Below the pieces are notes generated by a model. That model was not told the origin of the DNA. It made no database searches and worked only from the letters and a program-made list of their open reading frames with translations. From positions 26,102,001 to 26,166,000 of the forward strand of contig CATNEN010000038.1 of assembly GCA_950097015.1 (NCBI GenBank): a stretch of DNA of 64,000 nucleotides, read 5' to 3'. This DNA comes from Macrostomum hystrix (lineage: Eukaryota; Animalia; Platyhelminthes). Made by a program: the position numbers and the translations under genes. Below, piece after piece: positions 29,905 to 43,700 of this stretch (positions are counted from its first letter, which is position 1; every line of letters begins with the position of its first letter).

Positions 29905-31722
29905 TGTAGGGAAGCTTGTTCTAGAGTAGGGAAGCTTGTTAGTGAGTAGGGAAGGTTGTTTTTGAGTAGGGAAGCTTGTTCTTGAGTGGGGAAGCTTGTT
30001 CTTGAGTAGGGAAGCTTGTTCTTGAGTAGGGAAGCTTGTTCTTGAGTAGGGAAGCTTGTTCTTGAGTAGGGAAGCTTGTTCGTGATTAGGGAAGGTTGTT
30101 CTTGAGTAGGGAAGCTTGTTCTTGAGTAGGGAAGCTTGTTCGTGATTAGGGAAGGTTGTTCTTGAGTAGGGAAGCTTGTTCGTGAGTAGGGAAGCATGTT
30201 CTTGAGTAGGGGAAGCTTGTTCGTGAGTAGGGAAGCTTGTTCGTGAGTAGGGAAGGTTGTTCTTGAGTAGGGAAGCTTGTTCTTGAGTAGGGAAGCTTGT
30301 TCTTGAGTAGGGAAGCTTGTTCGTGATTAGGGAAGGTTGTTCTTGAGTAGGGAAGCTTGTTCGTGAGTAGGGAAGCATGTTCTTGAGTAGGGAAGCTTGT
30401 TCGTGAGTAGGGAAGGTTGTTCTTGAGTAGGGAAGCTTGTTCTTGAGTAGGGAAGCTTGTTCTTGAGTAGGGAAGCTTGTTCGTGAGTAGGGAAGCTTGT
30501 TCTTTAGTAGGGAAGCTTGTTCTTGAGTAGGGAAGCTTGTTCTTGAGTAGGGAAGCTTGTTCTTGAGTAGGGAAGCTTGTTCTTGAGTAGGGAAGCTTGT
30601 TCTTGAGTGGGGAAGCTTGTTCTTGAGTAGGGAAGCTTGTTCTTGAGTAGGGAAGCTTGTTCTTGAGTAGGGAAGCTTGTTCTTGAGTAGGGAAGCTTGT
30701 TCGTGATTAGGGAAGGTTGTTCTTGAGTAGGGAAGCTTGTTCTTGAGTAGGGAAGCTTGTTCGTGATTAGGGAAGGTTGTTCTTGAGTAGGGAAGCTTGT
30801 TCGTGAGTAGGGAAGCATGTTCTTGAGTAGGGGAAGCTTGTTCGTGAGTAGGGAAGCTTGTTCGTGAGTAGGGAAGGTTGTTCTTGAGTAGGGAAGCTTG
30901 TTCTTGAGTAGGGAAGCTTGTTCTTGAGTAGGGAAGCTTGTTCGTGATTAGGGAAGGTTGTTCTTGAGTAGGGAAGCTTGTTCGTGAGTAGGGAAGCATG
31001 TTCTTGAGTAGGGGAAGCTTGTTCGTGAGTAGGGAAGCTTGTTCGTGAGTAGGGAAGGTTGTTCTTGAGTAGGGAAGCTTGTTCTTGAGTAGGGAAGCTT
31101 GTTCTTGAGTAGGGAAGCTTGTTCGTGAGTAGGGAAGCTTGTTCTTTAGTAGGGAAGCTTGTTCTTGAGTAGGGAAGCTTGTTCTTGAGTAGGGAAGCTT
31201 GTTCTTGAGTAGGGAAGCTTGTTCTTGAGTAGGGAAGCTTGTTCGTGAGTAGGAAGCTTGTTCTTGAGTAGGGGAGCATGTTCTTGAGTAGGAAGCTTGT
31301 TCGTGAGTAGGGAAGCTTGTTCTTGAGTAGGGAAGCTTGTTCTTGAGTAGGGAAGCTTGTTCTTGAGTAGGGAAGCTTGTTCTTGAGTAGGGGAGCATGT
31401 TCTTGAGTAGGAAGCTTGTTCGTGAGTAGGGAAGCTTGTTCTTGAGCAGGGAAGGCTGTTCTTGAGTAGAGGAGCATGTTCTTGAGTAGGGGAGCATGTT
31501 CTTGAGTAGGGAAGCTTGTTCTTGAGTACTGAAGCTTGTTCTTGAGTAGGGAAGCTTGTTCTTGAGTAGGGAAGCTTGTTCTTGAGTAGGGAAGCTTGTT
31601 CTTGAGTAGGGAAGCTTGTTCTTGAGTAGGGAAGCTTGTTCGTGAGCAGGGAAGGCTGTTCTTGAGTAGGGGAGCATGTTCTTGAGTAGGAAGCTTGTTC
31701 TTGAGTAGGGAAGCTTGTTCTC
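29905..31722. repeat. 20-bp minisatellite (GAGTAGGGAAGCTTGTTCTT), about 1.8 kb
   Basis: Directly visible. Confidence 0.97.
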
Positions 31723-31780
31723 AAATCTTGTCTTTCTCCAAACCTCAGTATCGCAATATAGGCTAGCAATTTGAAAGTGC

Positions 31781-33259
31781 ATGCGGCACAAATCGCACTG
31801 CGTTATCGACCTGACGGTGAGGGTGCTGGCAGTAGAGTCGCCGAAGCTTCTTGAGGCTGCCTATTCGTCAGCCGATGCGGGCACATCCCTTGACGATGAC
31901 AGACATCTGGCAAGCCAAAATCAAGTGAAATATTTGTCACCTGTGCGACCATCGCGACAGCGAACTAGAAAAGAGATGGTGAGAAATCAGGTAAATTGTG
32001 CTCACCATTTGTGCTCAAATGGACAATTTGCTCAAATGGATAGTGTGCTCAAATGGATAGTGTGCTCTAGTGGATAGTGTGCTCAAATGGATAGTGTGCT
32101 CAATGGATAGTGTGCTCAAGTGGATAGTGTGCTCAATGGATAGTGTGCTCAAAGGATAGTGTGCTCAATGGATAGTGTGCTCAATGGATAGTGTGCTCAA
32201 ATGGATGGTTTGCTGTAATGGATTGTGGGCTCAAATGGATTGTGGGCTCAAAAGGATAATGTGCTCAAATTAATTGTGTGCTCAAATGTATTGTGTGCTC
32301 AAATTTATTGTGTACTCAAATGTATTGTGTGCTCAAATGTATTGTGTGCTCAAATGTATTGTGTGCTCAAATGTATTGTGTGCTCAAATGAATAGTGTGC
32401 TCAAATGAATAGTGTGCTCAAATGTATTGTGTGCTCAAATTTATTGTGTACTCAAATGTATTGTGTGCTCAAATGTATTGTGTGCTCAAATGTATTGTGT
32501 GCTCAAATGTATAGTGTGCTCAAATGAATAGTTTGATCAGGTAGGCAATGTGCTCTTATCAGCTCTCTGCTTCATCGTTTCCCGCTTTTAGCATCGGATG
32601 AGAAGCCACAGGCGTAGCCCCAGAAGAAAAATAAGAACCAGCATTAGTGTGACGTGTCTTGTTCCGCCGGATAAGCTCAAATCAGTGACGCCAATTTCCG
32701 AACCTCTGCGAGCTCTGGACACCTCGTCCGAAATTAGCGATACTGATAGCGACTTTTCCTTGTCCTCGGAGGGCTATGCGGCGCCTCAATGGGTGACGCC
32801 AAGAAATTGGTTGCGACCGTTAAAGTCATCGAGCTACGTGAGTCTTGGCCAGTGGCAGTCTGTTATAGAGAGACTAGACTAGAGATTGAGTAGGAAGGTC
32901 AGATTTGAGCACTCATGGACGACAGAGTAAGATTTGGGCTAAAGCAGGGGTTGTAGCCTAGTGGTTAGAGCGTCGGACTCACGACTTGTAGGTCGGGGGT
33001 TCGATCTCCGACTCCACTGGAACAATTCAGGTCTTTTAGCCAGACACTTAACTCTGCATTGCTACAGCTAACCCAGCTGTTAAATGGGTACCAGCTGGGG
33101 TGATTGTCGGATAATTCCATGTGCTGTCAGCTGAACATCTGGCCCAATTGTGGCAGGTGTAATCAATAAATATTAATAAATAATATTATTAGTTATGTGC
33201 ATGCTTTCCTCTATCAATGCGTTGCAGACAAAAATTAGTAGGCACAATAGCAGTTACAT

Positions 33260-33306
<47 letters not shown>

Positions 33307-35669
33307 GCAGCAACTGCAGCAGCAGCACTATTCAAGACATGCCATCGAATCCAATGACATCGAGGATTGGTCAACTCTTCCGTAGATCTTCTGCGGCTCA
33401 AAGAATCCATAACAACAATGTCGACAACACTGCTGTCACTGCTAATGGCGACATTGTATTGGATTCTCAATTGCCAGCTCCAGCCGCTGCTTCTGACAAT
33501 ATAAAGCCAGATTTGATTGCTGCTAGAGAAACAGCCGAACAATTGCCAGCATTGCCACCTGCGCAGAAGCAACAGCAGCAGCAGCAGAAATTGTACACTC
33601 GAAGTAGTAGGTTTTTTTATAAAACTCTAACAACGCTTGTTAATCGATAGAATGTTGGCTGGACCAATCAGAGAAGCGATGGGGTTTTTGGCGCGGGAGG
33701 GGCGGGGGTGGTTGACACAGGCAAATATGTAGCTGGCTTGGCCAATCAGAGAAGCCAGGCGATTGTGGGTGCTAAAAAGGCGGGGTGGTTGGCACTGATA
33801 GATAATAGTGATAGATTGGTCTCTCGACCAATCGGCGAAGCGATAGGATTTCGGGTGCATAAGGGTTTGGGTGGTTGGCGTTAGCTACGCAGGCAAGCAG
33901 ATAATGATGGATTGGCGGCTGGCCAATCAGAGAAGCCAGATGGTTTTTAACTCGTAATAACTTTTCTGGTGTACGATTAGTCTATGTTAAAAACCCCATC
34001 CCACCGCCAACCCAGCTGACTCCGGCGAAGAAAGCACCAACATGTCCTATGTGAAAGTGCCTACGCACATTGGCAGTCCATTGCAGCTAGAAGCCGATTG
34101 TGCAACATTAGATGACCAGTGCAAATCCACGGCCAGACCTGCCCCCATCGTGACCGCACCGATTGCGCCGCCGAGGCAGGAAAGTCGACAGGAAGTCAGC
34201 AAGCCGGACTTTATTAGAGCAACAACAACTAAATCGGCTTCTCCATCAGAGTCCTCGCAGCCTGCGGCGCATCGAAACGCTATCGTCGGCGGCATTGACG
34301 TCCCGGAGCCATCGGATCGATCGCAGTTCATTGTCACACTGAACCGATTGAGGCAGCTCATCTCCGATCAACGCAGAAATCCGCTCGCGCCGACCCTCAT
34401 TGCGCCAACGGCACAGTGGCCCGTCAACTTGACTGATGAATACAGCCTACCAAAGTTCTCGGACAAGGTAGCTGCTGCAGCTAAGTACGTCTCGACAATG
34501 TCTCTACGATGCTTCATCCTTTCCTTCGATACCACATCCTTTCCTTCGATACCACATCCTTTCCTTCGATACCACATCCTTTCCTTCGATACCACATCAT
34601 TTCCTTCGATACCACATCCTTTCCTACGATACCACATCCTTTCCTTCGATACTACATCCTTTCCTAAGATACCAAATTTTCTCCTTCGATACCACATTCT
34701 TTCCTTCGATACCACATCCTTTCCTTCGATACCACATCCTTTCCTTCGATACCACATCCTTTCATTCGATACCACATCATTTCCTTCGGTACCACACCCT
34801 TTCCTGCGATACCACATCCTTTCCTTCGATACCACATCCTTTCCTTCGATACCACATCCTTTCATTCGATACCACATCATTTCCTTCGGTACCACATCCT
34901 TTCCTTCGATACTACATCCTTTCCTAAGATACCACATTTTCTCCTTCGATACCACATTCTCTCCTTCGATACCACATCCTTTCCTACGATACGATATCCT
35001 CTCCTTCGATACCATTGTTTTTTCTACGATACCTTCGTACGTCATCTAATTTTTTACTTCGTTAACTTATCCTTCAACGCCAGCAGCAGCCGATCAAAAG
35101 CATCTGAAACAGCACCGAAGACGAAGCTAAAGGAGTCTGTGCGGTCAAGTCGAGCGGCAATTCAAAGTCTGCTGTCTCTACCAAAGTGGCAGGATAATCT
35201 GGCGATTACAAAAGTGCAAACGGACCAGCCGAGAGCAACACTGGAGACGAAATCTCACGAAGCAGATCAGATGCCTTTGAAGACGGCAAAGTCCAAAAAG
35301 CTGAGAGAAAAGAAGCAAAAGCAGCCGGCCAGGCAACTCACAATGTCCCTTTGGAAGCCTAGAACTATTTTCCAACAAGTGCAAGAAGAGCAACAGCAAA
35401 ATCTGACGATGCAAAAGAAAAAAAATAAGACCAAGAAGATCAAAAAGACGCTCGCAAGCTCTAGTCCAGCTTTGACGGATAGTTCTGTCAGCAGAAAACT
35501 GCCAGCAGCAGCAGCAAGCGGGCCAAGGACGAAGCGCGTCAACTTAAATAACTCAAATTCTCGAAAATATCTAAACGCTAATACTACTGCTAATAGTAAA
35601 ACAGTCAGTAGTGCAAAGCAAGCATCGAGCACTAAATTTGTGAAATTCTTCGGTCCTATGTTCATGTAA
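31781..35669 (+). CDS. Uncharacterised low-complexity (S/Q/K/P-rich) protein, about 629 aa; exons 31781-31990, 32592-32837, 33228-33606, 34016-34484, 35084-35669
   Basis: Five non-repetitive, coding-like blocks join in frame through GT-AG introns (phases 0,0,1,2). No domain recognised; the true start may lie upstream. Confidence 0.62.
31995..32530. repeat. 16-18 bp minisatellite (GTGTGCTCAAATGGATA / GTGTGCTCAAATGTATT)
   Basis: Directly visible, starting at the donor. Confidence 0.93.
32947..33190 (+). mobile_element. SINE family 1, internally deleted copy
   Basis: ggggttgtagcctagtggttagagcgtcggactcacgacttgtaggtcgggggttcgatctcc...acccagctgttaaatgggtacc...AT-rich tail. Confidence 0.88.
34512..35035. 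repeat. 20-bp minisatellite (TTCCTTCGATACCACATCCT)
   Basis: Directly visible. Confidence 0.95.
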
Positions 35670-35759
35670 GCTGCAACATGATCCGCCTTCAAATAAACTT
35701 GCATTCGCCTTTAACCTCGCATTTCCCTTTGTCCTCCTCCGTGCGTTCGCCCCATTCTC

Positions 35760-36000
35760 GTCATTGCCTTCGCCTTCATCTTCGCCATTGCGTCGCCTTC
35801 GCCGTCATCATCGCCTACGTCCTAGCCTTCGCCCTCACATTTTCTATCGCCCTCGCCTACGCCATCTCTATCGCCCTCGCCTACGCCATCTCTATCGCCC
35901 TCGCCTTCGCCATCTCTATCGCCCTCGCCCTCGCCCTAACCTTACCCGTCGCCTCTGCCTTCGCCTTCGCATTCGCCATCGCCTTTGTCTTTGCCATCGA
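35760..36000. repeat. Degenerate (GCCTTC/GCCATC/GCCCTC)n repeat
   Basis: Directly visible 6-bp periodicity. Confidence 0.75.
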
Positions 36001-36469
36001 GCTCTTTGAATTTCTTTTAACCTATTGTTCACACCCTGTACTATTATTATTTTGCTTTTCTACAGACACAAATGTAAATTATTGCAAAATAAACATGCAG
36101 AGAGTGTAACAGTGCTAGGATTTAAGCCATTGTAAGCAAGTGGCATTGTCGTATGTGTTAGCGTGAACCAGTTTCGCTTATTGCATTGTCAGACAAACCT
36201 GCAGAGTGTGTTATTCTTGACAACTGAAAATACAGTAGGCAATTTGTGTGTTGCTTAGAAAATTATTCCTAATTGAAAATTATATTCTTCGGTGTAAACC
36301 TTCTTTCTATATAGTCGGAGCAGTCGTTGCTTACGGGGGATTTGAACAGATTACTACTAGATTTCAAGAGACTGGTGAAAGAATCAAGAAGATTGGTTAG
36401 AGATTTGATGAGATTGATAAGAGGTATTAAGAGATTGATGAAACATTTCATGAGATCTTTTAGGGATTC

Positions 36470-36947
36470 TAAGAGACTGATGAGAGATTTTATGAGATTG
36501 ATGTGAGACTTTAATTAGATTTGTGGGAGATTTAGGAGATAAATGAGAGATTTGATGAGATTGATAGGAGATTTTAAGAGATTGGTTGGCGATTTTAGGA
36601 GATTGGTGGGAGATTTAGGAGATAAATGCGAGATTTGATGAGATTGATAGGAGATTTTAAGAGATTGGTTGGCGACTTTAGAAGATTGGTGGGAGATTTA
36701 GGAGATAAATGAGAGATTTGATGAGATTGATAGGAGATTTTAAGAGATTGGTTGGCGACTTTAGAAGATTGGTGGGAGATTTAGGAGATAAATGAGAGAT
36801 TTGATGAGATTGATAGGAGATTTTAAGAGATTGGTAGGAGACTTTAGAAGATTGGTGGGAGATTTAGGAGATAAATGAGAGATTTGATGAGATTGATAGG
36901 AGATTTTAAGAGATTGGTAGGAGACTTTAGGAGATTGGTGGGAGATT
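36470..36947. repeat. GA-rich tandem repeat built from GAGATT subunits with a longer higher-order unit
   Basis: ggagatttaggagataaatgagagatttgatgagattgataggagattttaagagattgg repeated about 5-6 times. Confidence 0.88.
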
Positions 36948-37779
36948 AAAATATAATGTTTGGGAAGTTTTGAATATAGGAATAATTGGAATACTAAGAA
37001 TAGATTTTACAAAACCATATTGCTAAATGCATGTCAAATTGTAATCACATGTGTAAACATGCAACTCAAAACAGAAAATACTATCTAGCTTTTATAGGCT
37101 TAAACAGGGTTCAGTATTTGCGCTAGGAATCGATGCACTCAGCTTCCATTTAGTGTCAACATTTATAGCTAAATCATCAGATAAATCATGCTCATATTAT
37201 AGCTATAGATTGAATGTGTTTGGCAGTTCCATACAATGACTGCACGTGGACAATGGGAATCACGGCTTGAGTGTTGTTTGCACATCCCATATAAATAATG
37301 TGAGATAAGCCTTCAAAGCAATGCACAAGGGGATGCGTGCGATAATTTCATCTCCTGTAAAAGATTTTTAATCTCTGCGCACTGCGCACTGTGTGCTCAT
37401 TCTCTTATCATCCACGCTGACATCAGTGGCCATCAGTGGGTAACGGAGGAGTCAAATAATGCTAACAAATGTTCGGGCTTATTTGCAGGTGGCATTCGGT
37501 TGGTGACACTTGAGCACGCTTGAGTAGGTTTATAGAGTAATCTGAACGTTGTCTATGGCTTTCACGCTGATTCCTCCAATGAGACTAGAATAGGGTTGGG
37601 GAAGTGCTTGTTTGGAATTGGGAGTCTTATCTCCCAATCCCACCCTGGGCCACTCTTTACTTGCCTTGGATAATAATGCCTGATCTTTAAGGTCGCGTGC
37701 CTGTACGATAAGGCCTTTGAAGCCTTACTCGTGTCCCTGCCATTCTGTCTCTATCATCCATATCACACATACACCCAAG

Positions 37780-40700
37780 CTTCTCTCTACTTCTCCCCAG
37801 TCTCTCTCTACTTCTCCCCAGTCTCTCTCTACTTCTCCCCAATCTCTCTACTTCTTCCCAATCTCTCTACTTCTCCCCAGTCTCTCTCTACTTCTCCCCA
37901 GTCTCTCTCTACTTCTCCCCAATCTCTCTACTTCTTCCCAATCTCTCTCTACTTCTTCCCAATCTCTCTACTCTCCCCAATCTCTTTCTACTCTCACCAA
38001 TCTCTCTCTACTTCTTCCCAATCTCTCTCTACTCTCCCCAATCTCTCTCTACTTCTCCCAATCTCTCTCTACTTCTCACCAATCTCTCTACTTCTTCCCA
38101 ATCTCTCTACTTCTCCCCAGTCTCTCTCTACTTCTCCCCAGTCTCTCTCTACTTCTCCCCAATCTCTCTACTTCTTCCCAATCTCTCTCTACTTCTTCCC
38201 AATCTCTCTACTCTCCCCAATCTCTTTCTACTCTCCCCAATCTCTCTCTACTTCTCCCAATCTCTCTCTACTTCTCACCAATCTCTCTACTTCTACCCAA
38301 TCTCTCTACTTCTACCCAATCTCTCTACTTCTACCCAATCTCTTTCTACTCTCCCAAATCTCTATCTACTTCTCCCAATCTCTCTACTTCTCCCCAATCT
38401 CTCTACTTCTCACCAATCTCTATCTACTTCTCCCAATCTCTCTACTTCTTCCCAATCTCTCTCTACTCTCCCCAATCTCTCTCTACTTCTCCCAATCTCT
38501 CTCTACTTCTCACCAATCTCTCTACTTCTCCCCAATCTCTCTCTACTTCTTCCCAATCTCTCTACTCTCCCCAATATCTTTCTACTCTCACCAATCTCTC
38601 TCTACTTCTTCCCAATCTCTCTACTTCTCCCCAGTCTCTCTCTACTTCTCCCCAATCTCTCTACTTCTCCCCAATCTCTCTCTACTTCTCCCCAGTCTCT
38701 CTCTACTTCTCCCCAGTCTCTCTCTACTTCTCCCCAGTCTCTCTCTACTTCTCCCCAGTCTCTCTCTACTTCTCCCCAGTCTCTCTCTACTTCTCCCCAG
38801 TCTCTCTCTACTTCTCCCCAGTCTCTCTCTACTTCTCCCCAGTCTCTCTCTACTTCTCCCCAGTCTCTCTCTACTTCTCCCCAGTCTCTCTCTACTTCTC
38901 CCCAGTCTCTCTCTACTTCTCCCCAGTCTCTCTCTACTTCTCCCCAGTCTCTCTCTACTTCTCCCCAGTCTCTCTCTACTTCTTCCCAATCTCTCTACTT
39001 CTCCCCAGTCTCTCTCTACTTCTCCCCAGTCTCTCTCTACTTCTTCCCAATCTCTCTACTCTCCCCAATCTCTTTCTACTCTCACCAATCTCTCTCTACT
39101 TCTTCCCAATCTCTCTCTACTTCTCACCAATCTCTCTACTTCTACCCAATCTCTCTACTTCTACCCAATCTCTCTACTCTCCCCAATCTCTTTCTACTCT
39201 CACCAATCTCTCTCTACTTCTCCCCAATCTCTCTACTTCTTCCCAATCTCTCTACTTCTTCCCAATCTCTCTACTTCTCCCCAGTCTCTCTCTACTTCTC
39301 CCCAGTCTCTCTCTACTTCTCCCCAGTCTCTCTCTACTTCTCCCCAGTCTCTCTCTACTTCTCCCCAGTCTCTCTCTACTTCTTCCCAATCTCTCTACTC
39401 TCCCCAATCTCTTTCTACTCTCACCAATCTCTCTCTACTTCTTCCCAATCTCTCTCTACTTCTCCCCAGTCTCTCTCTACTTCTCCCCAATCTCTCTACT
39501 TCTTCCCAATCTCTCTACTTCTCCCCAGTCTCTCTCTACTTCTCCCCAGTCTCTCTCTACTTCTCCCCAATCTCTCTACTTCTTCCCAATCTCTCTCTAC
39601 TTCTTCCCAATCTCTCTACTCTCCCCAATCTCTTTCTACTCTCACCAATCTCTCTCTACTTCTTCCCAATCTCTCTCTACTCTCCCCAATCTCTCTCTAC
39701 TTCTCCCAATCTCTCTCTACTTCTCACCAATCTCTCTACTTCTTCCCAATCTCTCTACTTCTCCCCAGTCTCTCTCTACTTCTCCCCAGTCTCTCTCTAC
39801 TTCTCCCCAATCTCTCTACTTCTTCCCAATCTCTCTCTACTTCTTCCCAATCTCTCTACTCTCCCCAATCTCTTTCTACTCTCCCCAATCTCTCTCTACT
39901 TCTCCCAATCTCTCTCTACTTCTCACCAATCTCTCTACTTCTACCCAATCTCTCTACTTCTACCCAATCTCTCTACTTCTACCCAATCTCTTTCTACTCT
40001 CCCAAATCTCTATCTACTTCTCCCAATCTCTCTACTTCTCCCCAATCTCTCTACTTCTCACCAATCTCTATCTACTTCTCCCAATCTCTCTACTTCTTCC
40101 CAATCTCTCTCTACTCTCCCCAATCTCTCTCTACTTCTCCCAATCTCTCTCTACTTCTCACCAATCTCTCTACTTCTCCCCAATCTCTCTCTACTTCTTC
40201 CCAATCTCTCTACTCTCCCCAATATCTTTCTACTCTCACCAATCTCTCTCTACTTCTTCCCAATCTCTCTACTTCTCCCCAGTCTCTCTCTACTTCTCCC
40301 CAATCTCTCTACTTCTCCCCAATCTCTCTCTACTTCTCCCCAGTCTCTCTCTACTTCTCCCCAGTCTCTCTCTACTTCTCCCCAGTCTCTCTCTACTTCT
40401 CCCCAGTCTCTCTCTACTTCTCCCCAGTCTCTCTCTACTTCTCCCCAGTCTCTCTCTACTTCTCCCCAGTCTCTCTCTACTTCTCCCCAGTCTCTCTCTA
40501 CTTCTCCCCAGTCTCTCTCTACTTCTCCCCAGTCTCTCTCTACTTCTCCCCAGTCTCTCTCTACTTCTCCCCAGTCTCTCTCTACTTCTCCCCAGTCTCT
40601 CTCTACTTCTCCCCAGTCTCTCTCTACTTCTTCCCAATCTCTCTACTTCTCCCCAGTCTCTCTCTACTTCTCCCCAGTCTCTCTCTACTTCTTCCCAATC

Positions 40701-43700
40701 TCTCTACTCTCCCCAATCTCTTTCTACTCTCACCAATCTCTCTCTACTTCTTCCCAATCTCTCTCTACTTCTCACCAATCTCTCTACTTCTACCCAATCT
40801 CTCTACTTCTACCCAATATCTCTACTCTCCCCAATCTCTTTCTACTCTCACCAATCTCTCTCTACTTCTTCCCAATCTCTCTCTACTTCTCACCAATCTC
40901 TCTACTTCTACCCAATCTCTCTACTTCTACCCAATCTCTCTACTCTCCCCAATCTCTTTCTACTCTCACCAATCTCTCTCTACTTCTCCCCAATCTCTCT
41001 ACTTCTTCCCAATCTCTCTACTTCTTCCCAATCTCTCTACTTCTCCCCAGTCTCTCTCTACTTCTCCCCAGTCTCTCTCTACTTCTCCCCAGTCTCTCTC
41101 TACTTCTCCCCAGTCTCTCTCTACTTCTCCCCAGTCTCTCTCTACTTCTTCCCAATCTCTCTACTCTCCCCAATCTCTTTCTACTCTCACCAATCTCTCT
41201 CTACTTCTTCCCAATCTCTCTCTACTTCTCCCCAGTCTCTCTCTACTTCTCCCCAATCTCTCTACTTCTTCCCAATCTCTCTACTTCTCCCCAGTCTCTC
41301 TCTACTTCTCCCCAGTCTCTCTCTACTTCTCCCCAATCTCTCTACTTCTTCCCAATCTCTCTCTACTTCTTCCCAATCTCTCTACTCTCCCCAATCTCTT
41401 TCTACTCTCACCAATCTCTCTCTACTTCTTCCCAATCTCTCTCTACTCTCCCCAATCTCTCTCTACTTCTCCCAATCTCTCTCTACTTCTCACCAATCTC
41501 TCTACTTCTTCCCAATCTCTCTACTTCTCCCCAGTCTCTCTCTACTTCTCCCCAGTCTCTCTCTACTTCTCCCCAATCTCTCTACTTCTTCCCAATCTCT
41601 CTCTACTTCTTCCCAATCTCTCTACTCTCCCCAATCTCTTTCTACTCTCCCCAATCTCTCTCTACTTCTCCCAATCTCTCTCTACTTCTCCCAATCTCTC
41701 TACTTCTTCCCAATCTCTCTCTACTCTCCCCAATCTCTCTCTACTTCTCCCAATCTCTCTCTACTTCTCACCAATCTCTCTACTTCTCCCCAATCTCTCT
41801 CTACTTCTTCCCAATCTCTCTACTCTCCCCAATCTCTTTCTACTCTCACCAATCTCTCTCTACTTCTTCCCAATCTCTCTCTACTTCTCACCAATCTCTC
41901 TACTTCTACCCAATCTCTCTACTTCTACCCAATCTCTCTACTCTCCCCAATCTCTTTCTACTCTCACCAATCTCTCTCTACTTCTTCCCAATCTCTCTCT
42001 ACTTCTCACCAATCTCTCTACTTCTACCCAATCTCTCTACTTCTACCCAATATCTCTACTCTCCCCAATCTCTTTCTACTCTCACCAATCTCTCTCTACT
42101 TCTTCCCAATCTCTCTCTACTTCTCACCAATCTCTCTACTTCTACCCAATCTCTCTACTTCTACCCAATCTCTCTACTCTCCCCAATCTCTTTCTACTCT
42201 CACCAATCTCTCTCTACTTCTTCCCAATCTCTCTCTACTTCTCCCCAGTCTCTCTCTACTTCTCCCCAATCTCTCTACTTCTTCCCAATCTCTCTACTTT
42301 TCCCCAGTCTCTCTCTACTTCTCCCCAGTCTCTCTCTACTTCTCCCCAATCTCTCTACTTCTTCCCAATCTCTCTCTACTTCTTCCCAATCTCTCTACTC
42401 TCCCCAATCTCTTTCTACTCTCACCAATCTCTCTCTACTTCTTCCCAATCTCTCTCTACTCTCCCCAATCTCTCTCTACTTCTCCCAATCTCTCTCTACT
42501 TCTCACCAATCTCTCTACTTCTTCCCAATCTCTCTACTTCTCCCCAGTCTCTCTCTACTTCTCCCCAGTCTCTCTCTACTTCTCCCCAATCTCTCTACTT
42601 CTTCCCAATCTCTCTCTACTTCTTCCCAATCTCTCTACTCTCCCCAATCTCTTTCTACTCTCCCCAATCTCTCTCTACTTCTCCCAATGTCTCTCTACTT
42701 CTCCCAATCTCTCTACTTCTTCCCAATCTCTCTCTACTCTCCCCAATCTCTCTCTACTTCTCCCAATCTCTCTCTACTTCTCACCAATCTCTCTACTTCT
42801 CCCCAATCTCTCTCTACTTCTTCCCAATCTCTCTACTCTCCCCAATCTCTTTCTACTCTCACCAATCTCTCTCTACTTCTTCCCAATCTCTCTCTACTTC
42901 TCACCAATCTCTCTACTTCTACCCAATCTCTCTACTTCTACCCAATCTCTCTACTCTCCCCAATCTCTTTCTACTCTCACCAATCTCTCTCTACTTCTTC
43001 CCAATCTCTCTCTACTTCTCACCAATCTCTCTACTTCTACCCAATCTCTCTACTTCTACCCAATATCTCTACTCTCCCCAATCTCTTTCTACTCTCACCA
43101 ATCTCTCTCTACTTCTTCCCAATCTCTCTCTACTTCTCACCAATCTCTCTACTTCTACCCAATCTCTCTACTTCTACCCAATCTCTCTACTCTCCCCAAT
43201 CTCTTTCTACTCTCACCAATCTCTCTCTACTTCTCCCCAATCTCTCTACTTCTTCCCAATCTCTCTACTTCTTCCCAATCTCTCTACTTCTCCCCAGTCT
43301 CTCTCTACTTCTCCCCAGTCTCTCTCTACTTCTCCCCAGTCTCTCTCTACTTCTCCCCAGTCTCTCTCTACTTCTCCCCAGTCTCTCTCTACTTCTCCCC
43401 AGTCTCTCTCTACTTCTCCCCAGTCTCTCTCTACTTCTCCCCAGTCTCTCTCTACTTCTCCCCAGTCTCTCTCTACTTCTCCCCAGTCTCTCTCTACTTC
43501 TCCCCAGTCTCTCTCTACTTCTTCCCAATCTCTCTACTCTCCCCAATATCTTTCTACTCTCACCAATCTCTCTCTACTTCTTCCCAATCTCTCTACTTCT
43601 CCCCAGTCTCTCTCTACTTCTCCCCAGTCTCTCTCTACTTCTTCCCAATCTCTCTACTCTCCCCAATCTCTTTCTACTCTCACCAATCTCTCTCTACTTC

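Noticed and set aside
32947-33020. Apparent tRNA-Val(CAC) gene
   Set aside because: Stems are imperfect and it continues into a SINE body found in four copies; it is a SINE head.
37240-37262. CACGTG plus TGGGAA as a possible PTF1 E-box/TC-box autoregulatory site
   Set aside because: Arrangement differs from the canonical E-box-then-TC-box site, and short motifs are expected by chance.
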